A DNA stretch of 63,970 bases, filler included, from Squatina squatina (GCA_031763465.1; 4 parts of 4 records of this genome joined end to end with filler, not necessarily neighbours in it), one strand, 5' to 3'. Shown: positions 49,113-62,706, counted from the whole stretch's first letter. Numbers and translations: made by a program. Notes: a model not told the origin generated them from the letters alone.

Positions 49113-50419
49113 GAGTCATGCTTCAGGCACTGCAGAACACTCATTCACAGGAGATGGCATCTTTAAATTGACTGAAGACAACCAATGTTCAAACCCCAAC
49201 CTCTAGCAGGTTGACCACGAATCTTCCAAGGTTGTCCATAAAAACTCCGGCTCCTATTACCTGACCAATTTTAACTCCCGAAGCCTCTCTCATGGGGCTT
49301 TCCTATGACCTGCCCCTTTAAGCTTGTTGCTGCCTTTAAGACAAATGCAGCACCTGTCCTTCCTCTTGGCTGCTCCAATAGTACCTCATGCATGTCTGTG
49401 ATGTGTAATTTGGGCCCGGAAGCTGGGATGCTGAGACCGTGCTCCCAGTGCAGCGCACTTCTAGTGTACTGTACCCAAATTATTGCTGAATAGCACCGGG
49501 AGAAGAATCTGGGTCCAAATATACTCCTGGTGCTAGCTGTNNNNNNNNNNATTTGTTCAGAGCATCCAACTACTGCTGAAGTGAGGACAGCTTTTTCTGA
49601 TCAGCCACAGCCTGTATTCCAGCTGGTAGGAGCCTAATTTTACCTCATGAGAGCTCAGCCGTGATAATCACAGTTTAACATATTACCAAGCAGGAACAAA
49701 GAGACCATTGACCCCTAGAAGATGCTGTGTGAAAAGCTACAACAGCCAAAGGCACATCTCACTAATTCCAAAGTGTTCCTGATCATCAAAGAGGTACTGT
49801 CAAAGAGGACTGCCACTGAGGACAGAAGATGCAGTACAGTGGTTACAGGGGCTTGAATGCCCTGGTTCTTTCTCCACCTCTGTGACATTGCCCTTCTCCG
49901 CCCTTGTTTCAGCTCATCTGCTGCTGAAGCCCTCATCCATGCCTTTGCTACCTCTAGACTTGACGATTCCTGGCCAGCCTCCCACATTCTATCCTACGTA
50001 AACTAGAAGTGATCCAAAGCTCTTGGTCATCTGCCGTAATTTCTCCTTTTGCTGCTCGGTGTCAAACTTTTTACACTTGTGAAGTGCCTTGGGACGTTTC
50101 ACTATGTTTAAGGGCACAATATAAATACAAATTGTTGTTAATAATTTGATCTGATTGAGTTTCCCTTGGGATCATGAGATCTGCGGATATAGACCTTTTT
50201 TGCCTTTTACTGCCATTCAAGCTCTATCAATACTTGCTAAGAAAACACAATCTGCTTTTACCTGTGTTACCTGCAGGATGCCACGGGGCATGTCTAAAAG
50301 CATAAGAAATGAGAGGTAATTGTAACTTTGGGTGATAATGTAAAACGAGCGATGTTGTTCCATTGGCCCCAGTGGAAATGAGAATCAGGAGAGATGTATT
50401 GGGTGGATGAATCAATATT

Positions 50420-50926
50420 GAATCATAGAGTGATGCTGTAAAAGAGGAGGCCATTCAGGCCATTGTGCCGATACCGGCTCGTTGAAATAGCTATCCAATT
50501 AATCCCAGTCCCCTGCCCTTTCCCCACAGCCATGCAAATCTTTCTCCTTCAAGCATTTATAAAATTCCTTTTTGAAATTTATCAGTGAACCTGTTTCCAT
50601 CATCAATGCAGGCAGTTCATTGTAGATCATAACAACTCAATGCATAATTTTTTTTTTCTCATCTGGCCTCGGGAACGTTGACAATTATCTTAATTCTGTA
50701 TCCTCTGATTACTGGCCCTTCTGCCACTGGTAACAGTTTCTCCTTATTTACTCTATCAAAAAAACTTTTGAACAGCTCTATTAAATCTCCTGGAACCTTT
50801 TCTGCTCTAAGGAGAACAACACCAGCTTCTCCAGTCTCTCCACAAAACTGAAGTCCTGCATCCCTGGTATCACCCTGGTAAATCTCCTCTGCACCCTCAC
50901 TAAGGCCTTGACTACCTAAAGTGTGA
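50420..50926 (-). mobile_element. CR1 3' fragment
   Basis: GAATCATAGA tail, GGCCATTCAGGCC 3' UTR motif, ORF2 C-terminal remnants. Confidence 0.75.
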
Positions 50927-51026
50927 NNNNNNNNNNNNNNNNNNNNNNNNNNNNNNNNNNNNNNNNNNNNTTAATTAATTAANNNNNNNNNNNNNNNNNN
51001 NNNNNNNNNNNNNNNNNNNNNNNNNN
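50927..51026. other. Artificial scaffold-joining spacer
   Basis: 44 N + TTAATTAATTAA + 44 N. Confidence 0.95.
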
Positions 51027-53146
51027 CATGTAAGGTGGAGGGATTTGAAAACCAGGATAATGACCTTGAAGTTATAGCTGAGTGTAGATTGTATCCTCAT
51101 TAAATGCCATATGGTGCAATGAGCCATTTGGGTAGCTGCACAGCTAATTTATTCCATGGCCAAAGATGTGCTGCAGTGCCATATGTCAAGGCAATACCAC
51201 AAGGTTTAGCATTTGGAGAAAGCTCTGCTGCTGTAGCATCTCGACTGTCTTAAACTCTGATGGATTTTTCAGCCTTTTGTGACTTATTTTGGGCACAGCA
51301 CTAGAAATATTTCTGTTTAGAGATGCCAGCACTTCACGAGAGGATTTTTGGAAGTGTGAATTAATTTTCATCAGAATAATGGCAGATGAAATTCAATATA
51401 GATAAATGCATGGTCACACACAAAACAAAAACACAGGTGCCATAAGTATACTGTGGATGATGTATAAATAGCTTAAAGTGGAGGAGGATTGGGTGTGGAT
51501 AATACGTACGGTAGTGTAGTGGTTATGTTACCGGACTAGTACTGATTTAAGATCAGTACAAATGGCCTTCCTTGTCTGTACTGAGTAATTTATTTCACAA
51601 CTTTGCAGTAGACATTTTGTAAGTCCTGAGCATTCATTGTCATGTGACCTAGGCTTGCAGTAAACCTGTGCTTCAGAGCAAGTGGAAAGATTTGATAAAT
51701 AATTCATTGTGGCTGATTGGTGCAGGGATTGAAGAAGGCCATCTCTTCTGCCTGCATCAAGTGTGTTCTCTCTATCCATGTCGGGCATAGAAACTTAATG
51801 CCATCTTTTATTCTTGGATAAGCTCCTATGGTTCCTACAGCAACCAGATCTCAGACACTTATTTGATTTGTCATGGCCAGACTTGTGTGAAACTGCCTTT
51901 GCAACCATCTGTGCCAGTGCATTAATCTAGTTTGCTATATCTCTTAGATGTGCAGTTTTCAATTCTATTAATCCTGCCGTAGCCAAATCAAGACATTGTG
52001 GCTGAGGCAGAACCTCCTCGAGTTAATAGTTGAGAAAATTGTTTTTGGCTCCTGCCAGAAACTCTGCTCCCATGCTACTTGTTCCATTCCTCCCCATAGC
52101 GACTCATTGAGGCTAAACCAGACCATGTGCAATCTCGGTATCATTATCAATCCTGAGCAGAGCTCTGAACCTCTGAACATTATTCTCCAAGATATCCTAG
52201 ATACTGCTCCACTGCTGAAGCCCTTCTAACTGTTGTCCCCAGCCAGCCTCCATTTGCTCGAATGCTCATGCTGGTCTCCATCTCCCACACCACTGCCACA
52301 AGCTCCAACTTGTCCAATGCTCTGCTGTACTAAGTCCTGCTCATCCATCACCGACCTACATTGGCTCCCTGTTCCCATCGCATCACTTTTAAAAATCCTT
52401 GTCTCCAAATCCCACCCCATGGCTGGTGCCCATCCTACCTCTACAATCTCCTGCAGCTGGTGTATGCTCCGGTTCTCTGACTGATCTTTCTGTGCATCTC
52501 ATCTCCCCACATCACCTGCTGGTAGCATAGATCTTGGCTGCCTTGTCCCGCCCGGCTCTCTCTAACTNNNNNNNNNNNNNNNNNNNNNNNNNNNNNNNNN
52601 NNNNNNNNNNNNNNNNNNNNNNNNNNNNNNNNNNNNNNNNNNNNNNNNNNNNNNNNNNNNNNNNNNNTAACATCAGGTTCGCTTGTGTATTGAGAGAGAT
52701 ATGTGTTTCTGCCTGGAGTTGAATGAACAACTGTGCTTACCAGGCTGAGGAATTTTGTTCACTGTCAACTGAGTTGTGGTACAGGCCAGATGCAGAGCCA
52801 TATTTGCTGTGCTCTGCCCCACTGATGTACCGAAACAGCAACATCACAAGAGCATCCCCTGCTGACACTTCTCATACTATTCATTGTAGTGCTAAATAAC
52901 CAATTTAGTGCTAAATTTTCATTAGTTCTGCATGGGTGGTTTTCAACTGAGTAACTGTGTTGAGATTTTCTTCGACTCTTTTCATGTGGCAGTAATGGCC
53001 AGCATTCGGGTGGGGGCAGAATTCAATTCCCATCATCCGGGCTGAATTTGTAGCCCTAGATATGTACAATGTGCTTGGAGCTTATGAAAGTTGTTGGTAC
53101 TGGCAGTTCAAACACTATGTTGACATGTGTCATTCTCTGTTCACAG

Positions 53147-53269
53147 ACAGGCCGAATCGACAAGGCATATCCAACAGTTTGTGGGCACACAGGACCAGTG
53201 CTGGACATTGAGTGGTGTCCACACGATGACCATATTATCGCCAGTGGCTCAGAGGATTGTGCAGTCATG
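53147..53269 (+). CDS. CORO1C: Coronin-1C internal exon (WD40 repeat), 123 nt
   Basis: ttcacAG|[41 protein letters not shown]|GTAAGT. Type I coronin; 1C favoured by the second exon and by TMEM119 adjacency. Confidence 0.9.
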
Positions 53270-54272
53270 GTAAGTTCTATTGTACCCGTGCTTTTCTAAT
53301 GAAGAGAAGAGTATGGAATGAGTGGGCTATTTAGCCTATTGGGCTCATTCCTTACAGATAGTGGCTTGTGTTTCATGCCTTTTGAGCATGAAAACTGCAA
53401 GATTTAGAAACTTCCAAGATCAAAGTCTGAACTTTCTTCTTGATCCAAAAGATTAATTGGACGAATTGCCTTTAAGAAAGTTTAATTCTCGTATAATTTA
53501 TTGATATTGAGCTACGTGATCATGTGATAAATGTAAGAGAAATAGACAGGGATAGTTCAGGGATCTGGGCCAGCCAGGGAATGGCTGATGGACTCTATGC
53601 AAAGCAATCCACATTCAGTCAGGAAACCTGAACCTACATGGAGTTCTGAGCAGTAAAGGTGGAAATGGACTGAGGGATTGTTAATCCACTAAAAGTTTCC
53701 AGTCAATGTGCAGCTTTGTCAAAACCAACCAACGTAGTAGAATGCTGATTGAGGGCACTTTGCAAGTCATTTCAGCTACACCAGGAGAGTTTAAATTTGA
53801 AAACTGCATACAGCTTGGGCACCCCATTGACACATACTTCCGCATGAGACGAGCTGAAAAGGAGCAACCAAGAGCCTGCTGCTGTGGATGGGGGTCCTGT
53901 GTGCACAATGCTNNNNNNNNNNCACTTATCCTGTGACCATGCAAAGCACTTTGGCAATATGGCATCCAAGTCAGGTGTGGTGAAGAACTCCCTGTAAATT
54001 GTCCTGATACTTGAAAGCCAAAGCTATTTTTTAGTTCATTAATGTAATATTATTTCCTTCCTGATTAGAATTGAATTGCTTTTCAAATTGCTATCTGGTT
54101 TTCAGTTTTGGGCACATTGCATTTTCAAAATCAAGCTCTGTTTTAAAAAAAACATATTAAAGGATGCATAAANNNNNNNNNNNNNNNNNNNNNNNNNNNN
54201 NNNNNNNNNNNNNNNNNNNNNNNNNNNNNNNNNNNNNNNNNNNNNNNNNNNNNNNNNNNNNNNNNNNNNNNN

Positions 54273-54789
54273 CTGCAACATCTCTCCAGCTGCGCATTCA
54301 TCTGCTCTATCCTCCTATTTCGATACCCACTAGCTCATGGCACCAAGAGTAATCCAGAGATTACTACCTTTCAGATCCTGCTTTTTAATCTCTATCCTTG
54401 CTCCCTCAAATCTGCCTGCAGGACCTTATCTCTCTTTCTACCTTTGTTGCTGATACCGATATGGACCACGATCTCTGGCTGTTCACACTCCCACCTCAGA
54501 ATATTTTGCAGCTGTTCAGTGACATCCTTGGCACCAGGGAGGCAACATACCATCTGGGAGTCACTTCTGCGGACACAGAAATGCTTGCATGCTCCCCTAA
54601 CTATCGAATCCCCTACCACTATTGCTTTCCTGACCTTCCTCCCCCCCACACCCCCTGTATAGCTGAGCCACCTGTGGTGCCATGGACTTGGCTCTGGCTG
54701 TATTCCCCAGAGGAATCATTGCCCTCACCAGTACCGGTTGGAGAGCGAGATGCACTCAGGGGTCTCCTGCACTACCTGCCTGGTCCTCT
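54273..54789 (-). mobile_element. CR1 ORF1 (SGNH esterase-like) fragment
   Basis: ISLSNRY, AIVVGDSIVRG...MVCCLPGAK...IVVHIG. Confidence 0.85.
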
Positions 54790-55247
54790 NNNNNNNNNNN
54801 NNNNNNNNNNNNNNNNNNNNNNNNNNNNNNNNNNNNNNNNNNNNNNNNNNNNNNNNNNNNNNNNNNNNNNNNNNNNNNNNNNNNNNNNNGATGCTGCCTG
54901 ACCTGCTGAGTTTTTCCAGCACTTTTTGTTTATATTTGCCATGCTAAGAGTTTGATATCACCACAACCAAACCTCTTAAAGAGAATTATGATTAATTTTA
55001 ACAGCATTTTCAAATATTTCAGCCATCTGGTTTGTTTGTTTTTTGAATATTTTAATTTAAATAGTGAAGCTTTGACCAGCTACTGGTCTGAGGGAATTAA
55101 TTAATATACACACCGTGAAAGTGCTTGAGCATACCGGGTTACTGTTCAACTCTACTGTCTGATGCCACACAAGTTTTGATTTTCAGTTCTCTAGAAAGAG
55201 TCTTTATGATGCAGTGATTTCTACAATACATCCATCTTGAGGCTTAA

Positions 55248-55418
<171 letters not shown>

Positions 55419-58400
55419 TAAGGGGCTGTGCTGCAGTTCTCGGGGAAACCAAGTGTTCCTTTCCCATAGGCTGTTTTTGTCCTTTAACTTCCTCTTGTAT
55501 AACGCATCCATCATTCTCTTCTGATGGGAGGATGGGAGCTGAGAAGTCTAGAAGCCAACATTGATGATTAATCCTTCTTGCAAACTAGCTACTTGGTTTG
55601 GATTAGCAAAGTTTATATTCACCTGTGCCACCCATGCCATTCATTCCTCCCTCAATCAAGAAAGTGAGCAAGCTCCCTGATATTGAACTGCTTCTTATAC
55701 TAATACTGGCAAAATAAGTCATAAACCGTCGAAGGCTAGCAGATGAATCTTTGATTTGGAATTGGGCTGGAGATTCACTATTCGCATCTAAGTTCAATGG
55801 ATGCCTGAAATTTAGCTCGCTTCTGAAACACATTCCGTCATCCAATCCAAAATATATAAAACAGTTACAGAAACCAGTCACAGAAAGAATGCTGTACAGT
55901 GCTGACCAGTGATTACCAAAGCCATCAAAGATGAAGTTGGGCACAGCTGTATTGACGAGTAGTGGCTGAGTGGTAGCACTCTAACCTCCAGTTCAAAGGT
56001 TGAGACTTAAAGTNNNNNNNNNNNNNNNNNNNNNNNNNNNNNNNNNNNNNNNNNNNNNNNNNNNNNNNNNNNNNNNNNNNNNNNNNNNNNNNNNNNNNNN
56101 NNNNNNNNNNNNNGATAGTGCAGGAAAATGGCGTTGAGGTAGAAGATCAGCCATGATCATATTGAATGGCGGAGCAGGCTCGAGGGGCCGGATGGCCTAC
56201 TCCTGCTCCTATTTCTTATGTTCTTATTGGCCTGAAAATCACTGCAATGGCGATATTGGCGCCGAACACCTTAAGTTGTGCCCCCTGATCCTTCCATGGT
56301 GAATTCATGCCACAAATTGTTGGAATTAGAATGGGCTGCAGTGAGCACAGCCGGGAGCAGCGCAGCCAAAGTCTGATACACGTCCCAGGTACCGGGGCCC
56401 AACTCCCACTGGAACAACAGGTTATTTCATATTTCCATGAAAGTAAAAGAGCTAAACAAGTAGGGCAGATTTCCCATTGTCATATTTTAAAAATTGATTA
56501 GTATAACCGGAGTTCATTTTTTTCTTATTTTGTAATGAATTCTTGCTGCTTATAAATCAGGGCAGCACCAGCCCGCTAAAATATGGGCCGTTTATTGTTG
56601 CTACAAGTCCCAGTGTCTGGTTAGTTTCACTTCTGACAATCTGTCTCGTCAGTAAGTGGCTGATTGCTTTATTTTAAACAAAGCTATAACATGAAAGTAA
56701 GGCTGGTTTAGTAAAGAAAGACTGAAGCTGCCATCTCCTCACACACCCAACCCACTCCTCTGCATAATACCGGTTTATTTCACTCGCACTCTAGCCTGAG
56801 GGTTGTCGTATTGACCCAGTTGGGGTTACATTGGGTCAGGTGCTTTATTGGCCGAATGCTGGGGATTCAATTATTTACGAACTGCACTTCTAAGACCGAA
56901 TGTATTTGGTAAAATTGTTTAGATTTTCTTTCTGATGATAAGATGGACTGGTATGAAAGGAACTTCCTCGAAGCCACACTGAGCAACCCCAGGAAGTCCT
57001 TGAATCTCCCACGACTAGACTTATGTTTTTTTTAAAAAATCAATCAGTATGCTCCCATGACATGTGAGCTAATCGTGTTGTTCCAAAATAGTTGAATTTG
57101 AGTCTAATGCTCCTTCGACATTTTAAACCCAGAGGATTTTATTTAAGGGGAATGTCAGGCAAACTGTGCCATACCTGCTGAGCGATTGAATACTTTCCTG
57201 GTGCTGAGCCTGCCAGCGTCATTCTGCAGGGTCGAAGTAGCTGTGACGACCACAGTGGCTTTAGGTCAGCAAGCTTGATCTCGCCATTGATTTTAATTGA
57301 CAGTTAGCTTTATAGCGAGGGTCTCTGCGGAGCAGCGCAAAAGTCCCAGCCATTTACGGTGTGGCGTTCGTAATGGCATAAGTCACTCACGTCATAATTT
57401 GCTGGAACCTCTGTAACATAATGATGGCGAACGGTTTCGCTGCGCCATTTACTGTGGTGCAAGTTACAGCAAATTCAGCCCCAACTTTACTGAAGTATTT
57501 CAAGAATTCCTCTATTTTAAGCCCCGTTCTCTCCTCTCCGAAAGGTGCAGACTCTTGTTGGGTTGCGGCTCCAGTGGCCACACTTCATGCGTGAATCTCG
57601 ACAATGAGTGTTGACAGACTCCTGAACCACAGTGGGCATCAGAGCCTGGGCCTAATCTGGTTGCCAAGCAACGCGAACCAAGGCACACTGTCCATCGGGG
57701 ATGACTGGATAATGATCCGGAGCAGGACATATGGCTTATTTCCTTCCTCCTCCATAGTCCAGGGACACAGAAGCCAATTGTAATGCAATATTAAGCATTT
57801 ACACAAGGAAGACAAATACTATTTTACTATTATCCTTGCGCTAGGCTGATGGTGAAGTACAGTGCACCTCTGTTCATTGTTGGCTAAAGGCCTATTGATT
57901 CCCATATATTCCAACCCGTTTTCAAAGCTCCTTCTGTAAAAATCTGATTGATCAGTGACTTGGAACAATGTGCATAATCTGAGAGCAGTTTGCCAGCTGT
58001 GGTTTTTCTGATTCAGCTTTTTAATTCTGTCTGTACTGCAACTTGCCAAGACGGATAAAAAAAATGATTTTTTTTCCCTATTTCAGCATTAACTGCTGCA
58101 GCGTCGCCCAGGTGGAGAATAGTCAAGCCCGTTCTTTCCAAGACCACGCACAGCCTATCCCATCATGGAATCCACCCCACCCATTTAAGGCATCTCAATA
58201 CTGAAGGAGCAGGAACACGGTGTCCTGAACGTCGATGGAGGCCTCTAATAATAAAGCAGAAGTTCGCCAGAATTGTGTGTTTTCAGCCTCCAACTGGTGC
58301 TGATCTTCTGCGACCTGAACTCCAATGGAAAAATGTCTTTAATCTCCCGAGTGAAGGTTCGGCATAAATACGACGGATTTCCATTTGTCTCTTTCACCTT

Positions 58401-58456
58401 GTTCACCTTCATTGCTCTTGGTTTCCTTTCTCGTGTTTGACATCTGTAACATTTTC

Positions 58457-58555
58457 CAATTCAGACGATAGGTCATTGACCAGAAACGTTAACTCTGTTT
58501 CCCTCTCCACAGATACTGCCTGAACTATTGAGTGTTTCCAGCATTTTCTGTTTAT
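58457..58555 (+). mobile_element. Penelope-like element terminal-repeat fragment with a degenerate hammerhead
   Basis: CAGACGA-T-AGGTC-ATT-GACCA-GAAACGTTAACTCTGTTTCCCTCTCCACAG; same family as 63854-63940, core U4 changed to A. Confidence 0.6.
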
Positions 58556-59022
58556 NNNNNNNNNNNNNNNNNNNNNNNNNNNNNNNNNNNNNNNNNNNNN
58601 NNNNNNNNNNNNNNNNNNNNNNNNNNNNNNNNNNNNNNNNNNNNNNNNNNNNNNNACCCGTAAAGACGAAAGCTTGGATACTGTTGCTTTCCAGTTTCAT
58701 AGCTGTGTAGACCTTTCATCCTGGTTTTGCCCTGGCAGTGCCTCTGTGCAGATGCTGTCTGTCTGTGCCACATTCTCAACCCATGAAGACAGTAGTATTG
58801 AAATATTGACAGTACAGACCAGGAATCATTGTTGGCGATGTTGAGAAACAAAAACTTAACACATCTGTATGACAATCCTCCATCCATTGTCTTAACACGT
58901 TAGGCCTCTGTTAACGTCCATTGACTTCAATGGAAATAAATACCGGGAGAGATGTAAAACGAGCTGTCGACTTGCTATCACCTGTTTTACATTATTGCAA
59001 AGTCAAAATCTACCCCAAACTT

Positions 59023-59791
59023 GGGGGGGAGAAATTGCCCTGTGCCCCGATTGGGGGTGGTAACCTGCTGGGACAGGACTTCCTGGGCCCGATGCAGAAT
59101 TGGGTTTTACCACCCCTCAAAGGAAGTGGAGCGCAATCTCGCACGCTCCATTTCCTTTAGGGGCGCTAACGGGCGCGTTGTTCAGCGCTATGGGGATGCT
59201 CCACATAGTGCTGACGCTCTTTGACGCCCCTCCCCTTCGCTTAAAGGGGAAGGCCGCTGCACACTCTGCAAGGCCTCTGATGGCCTCTGCAGGACGACCA
59301 AGACAGCGTGCGGCCGGGCCTGCAGCCTGGCACCCAAAAAGGAGTGCCGGGCTACATGATGGCGGCCCAGACCACGCAAAAATACAGATAGGGAAGCCGA
59401 CCCGAAAGCCGGCAGATAATGTAAGATGGCGGCGTGGGGCGCTGGCAGCCTCCCCTTTGTAGCTTCCGGTCTGCGAGCGGATGTCGGTCCCACCCACGAA
59501 GCTGGCGTTGACACCCGCTCGCGCCAGCTTCACTACAGTTTCCCCGGCGAGGCGGAAAGAGGTCAGCGTGTGGCGCTGAGGGGTCACCGTGCACGCCAAT
59601 GATGTCATCGCCGGGTGCGCGGTGGCCCGGGACGCGCGATGCCCTGGCAGCGCCTCCGCAAACTCGTGGGCAATTTCCCGGGAACCGGTAGCACCACCTT
59701 CCCTCCACCTCCCCGGCAAAAAGTGTCTTGCACCCTGTTAGCACCCCCCGGAGGCACTAATGGGCCTCTCAAAAGGGGCAATTTCACCCCC
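59023..59791. mobile_element. GC-rich non-autonomous DNA transposon (MITE-like) with terminal inverted repeats
   Basis: GGGGGAGAAATTGCCC (59025-59040) versus GGGCAATTTCACCCCC (59776-59791): 15 of 16 complementary; subterminal GGGGGTGGTAAC / GTTAGCACCCCC also inverted; no transposase. Confidence 0.8.
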
Positions 59792-60088
59792 TTCGTGTCC
59801 ATACATGCACACTTCAAATTAGGGTCACTAGACAGTAATTAGGAGCAGAAATTTCTTTCATTGATTGTTTCCTTCTCTAACCTGATGAGGTCAGTTATAA
59901 AACCCAGGTTTGTTCCAACACAGGTCAGCACCCACCCTGGACTGGACCTGTGGTCTTTCTGGTCTGTGTAGCTTACGACTTTACCTCTGAGAAATTGGGA
60001 CAGTAGTATTGAAAAGTACGATCTTTTTTCATTCTAATCTGTTGTTTTGTTCTTTCTCCATTCAAATAGATTTTTGAGCTAACCGTGG

Positions 60089-61182
60089 ATGACAACAATG
60101 GCCGTCCCGTTAGTGTTATGGTTGCTTGTCCTCACAAGTGTGCGTCCAAGTACAACAAACCCCATCACCAGCGCAGATGTACCAACAGCATCAAGCTACG
60201 CAGAATCATCCGGTGCTTCTGAAGCTGAGACCAGTTTTACCGAAGCAGCACCAACACCGTTTTTACAACTGAGGCTCCTGTTACCCCTTCAAAACCCGTC
60301 CTCATTGGTGCTGCTATCATGGATTTTATTAACCAATATATGATGTTAATCATCATTGCTGGGATTCTTCTGATCTTACTGATTATCATAGTGTGCACTG
60401 TGGTGTTGGTGAAGCAAAACTACAAGTCTTCAGCCTACTACCCATCTTCGTACCCCAAGAAAAAGTATGTGGATGAGCAAGACAAAGGAGGTTCTGCCCA
60501 GACCTTTGACGAGGTTCCCGAGAAGGTCAATGATGGCCCCAAGGAAGAACTGGGAAACTCTTCTCAGCAACTGCAAGCAGACATCCTCACAGTGACCCAC
60601 AACCTCAAAAAGCAGTCGCCATCCAAAGGAGAAGGGAAAACACAGGCTGGTGCGGATGAAAAGGAGGAGCCCTCCCAGGCAGCAGACAAGGAGGGCGGGA
60701 ACATCGCAACGCCAGGGGTAGGAGCACAAGAAGGAGAAGGCCAGAAACCAGACACAATTGAAAACAAGGGAGACAATACAATCAAAGCACCTGGAACAGA
60801 CGGAAAAGAGGAAGGGAATGAAACGCTGCCCAAAAAGGAAGAGGAAAAAGGAGGAGAAGAAGCAGGAAGGGGAAACAAGCAAAAGGACGATGAGGAGGGA
60901 AAGGATAAGGAGACAACAAAGAAATCGGAAACTGCAGAAGCCACAAGCATCAACTCTGATCAACTATCTGCCAGCGATATGGGCAGCAAGTCCCCCAAGA
61001 CTGCTGACAAGCCACAAGCAACACCACAAAAAAACACCATGGAGCAGACAGCAGATGCAGCCAAGACGAAGGGCGCGGATAATGTAGCCACTCCAGAGGG
61101 GCAGGAGCCAAAGGCAGTTAAGTTAGCACAGCAAGGATTGAACGAAGCATCCAATGCTGCCGAGGCCAACGCACCTCCGTGA
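60089..61182 (+). CDS. TMEM119: TMEM119 coding exon with an apparent frameshift near 60242-60260
   Basis: Acceptor AG at 60068-60069; signal peptide MTTMAVPLVLWLLVLTSV; second frame MDFINQYMMLIII...VCTVVLVKQ.YKSSAYYPSSYPKKKYVD...SSQQLQADIL...NLK matches TMEM119 VDFFRQYVML...KASAYYPSSFPKKKYVD...SSRQLQADIL. Confidence 0.9.
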
Positions 61183-62633
61183 GCTGCGGCCCCGCCCCTT
61201 GCCTTAAAGGCGCGGGCCGCAGGCTCAATGAATGGGAATGGGGTGGGGGTGGGGGCACCAGGGAGCCGGGTCCAGGTGGCGAACAATGTACTTGGGGCCA
61301 GCGGCGAGGGTGGCCGACAACGAAGTNNNNNNNNNNNNNNNNNNNNNNNNNNNNNNNNNNNNNNNNNNNNNNNNNNNNNNNNNNNNNNNNNNNNNNNNNN
61401 NNNNNNNNNNNNNNNNNNNNNNNNNNTTTCCACTGGTTGGCAAATTGGTAATGTATGGCGGAGACTGGGGATTATCATTGGAGGAATAAAGGGGACTTTA
61501 GAAGATTTTTTTCAAACAGAGAGTCCTTAGAAATGGCGTGTTTTGCCACAAGTGGCAATTGAGTCAGAAGCTATAGCGTCATTTAAAAGAACATTGAATT
61601 ACTATATGAAAGTATACAGGGAAAGGGTAGGGTAATGGGACTGGCACTGGCACAGGTACGATGAGCCTAATGGCCTGCTTCTGTGCAGTGAATTCCATGA
61701 TTACAGAAAATAACATGTTTAAGTCGAAGCATTGCTGATCATCACCATGCCTCTACAATTACCAGGGTAGAATCAGGACTCTGTGCGGTTCATACTCTAC
61801 AGATGTGAGCTGTAACCTGAAACAAATTTTCTTTTTGGCTTAATGCAATGGAAATTCTCATTACAGTCCATAAATTATGCTGAGCTATTTATACCAGAAT
61901 ATTAGAGTGCCTTTTGGCTCAAGCCGTTGTTCTAACTTGTCTTAAGGAATGATAAGTTACAGCATGCTGTTGGCAGTCCTCCTGAATTATAATGAATACG
62001 ATACACTGCCACCACAATTATTTGGCCGTATATTTATTTCCAACTTGAGGTCTTCAGACCAATAAAGTTTAGATTCACTGATCCTGAGGCCTGCCCTATG
62101 TTAAAACATGGCTACCATTTTTCTTTTTCACTTCATATAAGAACTCCTCATCTTCCTCAGTTTCCCCGCCCTTAAAACCAAACTTGGGATCATCGAATTA
62201 TGCCTACTTCATTTAGCCCACCTTCTCGCCGACTCTTTTCAACCTTGGTGTTGTCCTGCACATCATCTGATTTATACAATATAGTAAAAAATACTTCATA
62301 GGGTCTGCTTCATGGGAAAATAAGAATAAAGTGCACTACAGGCTACCGGTACTTGGTTCATCATGACAATAGTCTTGTTTTTTATGAGCATCCCATTTTT
62401 GTGCAATTTGTACAAAGATTAAAACAAAATGCATCAGTAAGTACAAATTGTAAGCTTTTTTGCAATATATGCTCAATTCTCTGTAGCACCTCCCAAGAAC
62501 AAAAATATACCATTGTGGCTATCGCATTACCTTNNNNNNNNNNNNNNNNNNNNNNNNNNNNNNNNNNNNNNNNNNNNNNNNNNNNNNNNNNNNNNNNNNN
62601 NNNNNNNNNNNNNNNNNNNNNNNNNNNNNNNNN

Positions 62634-62706
62634 AGCTCAAGGAGAAGAATGGTGACGTCATTGAACTGAAATACCCATTGAACTGTGCCGATCCTACCTC
62701 TGAGAG
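62634..62706 (+). CDS. PTPN11: PTPN11 (SHP2) exon fragment, end of N-SH2
   Basis: LKEKNGDVIELKYPLNCADPTSE(R)|GTAAGC matches SHP2 at this exon end. Confidence 0.93.

Noticed and set aside
58087-58370. Strong acceptor followed by an open frame, considered as CORO1C last exon or SELPLG
   Set aside because: No frame resembles the coronin coiled coil or a mucin/TM protein.
59100-59842. Cluster of 70-200 aa ORFs in the GC-rich element
   Set aside because: Expected from high GC; no transposase or other domain motifs.
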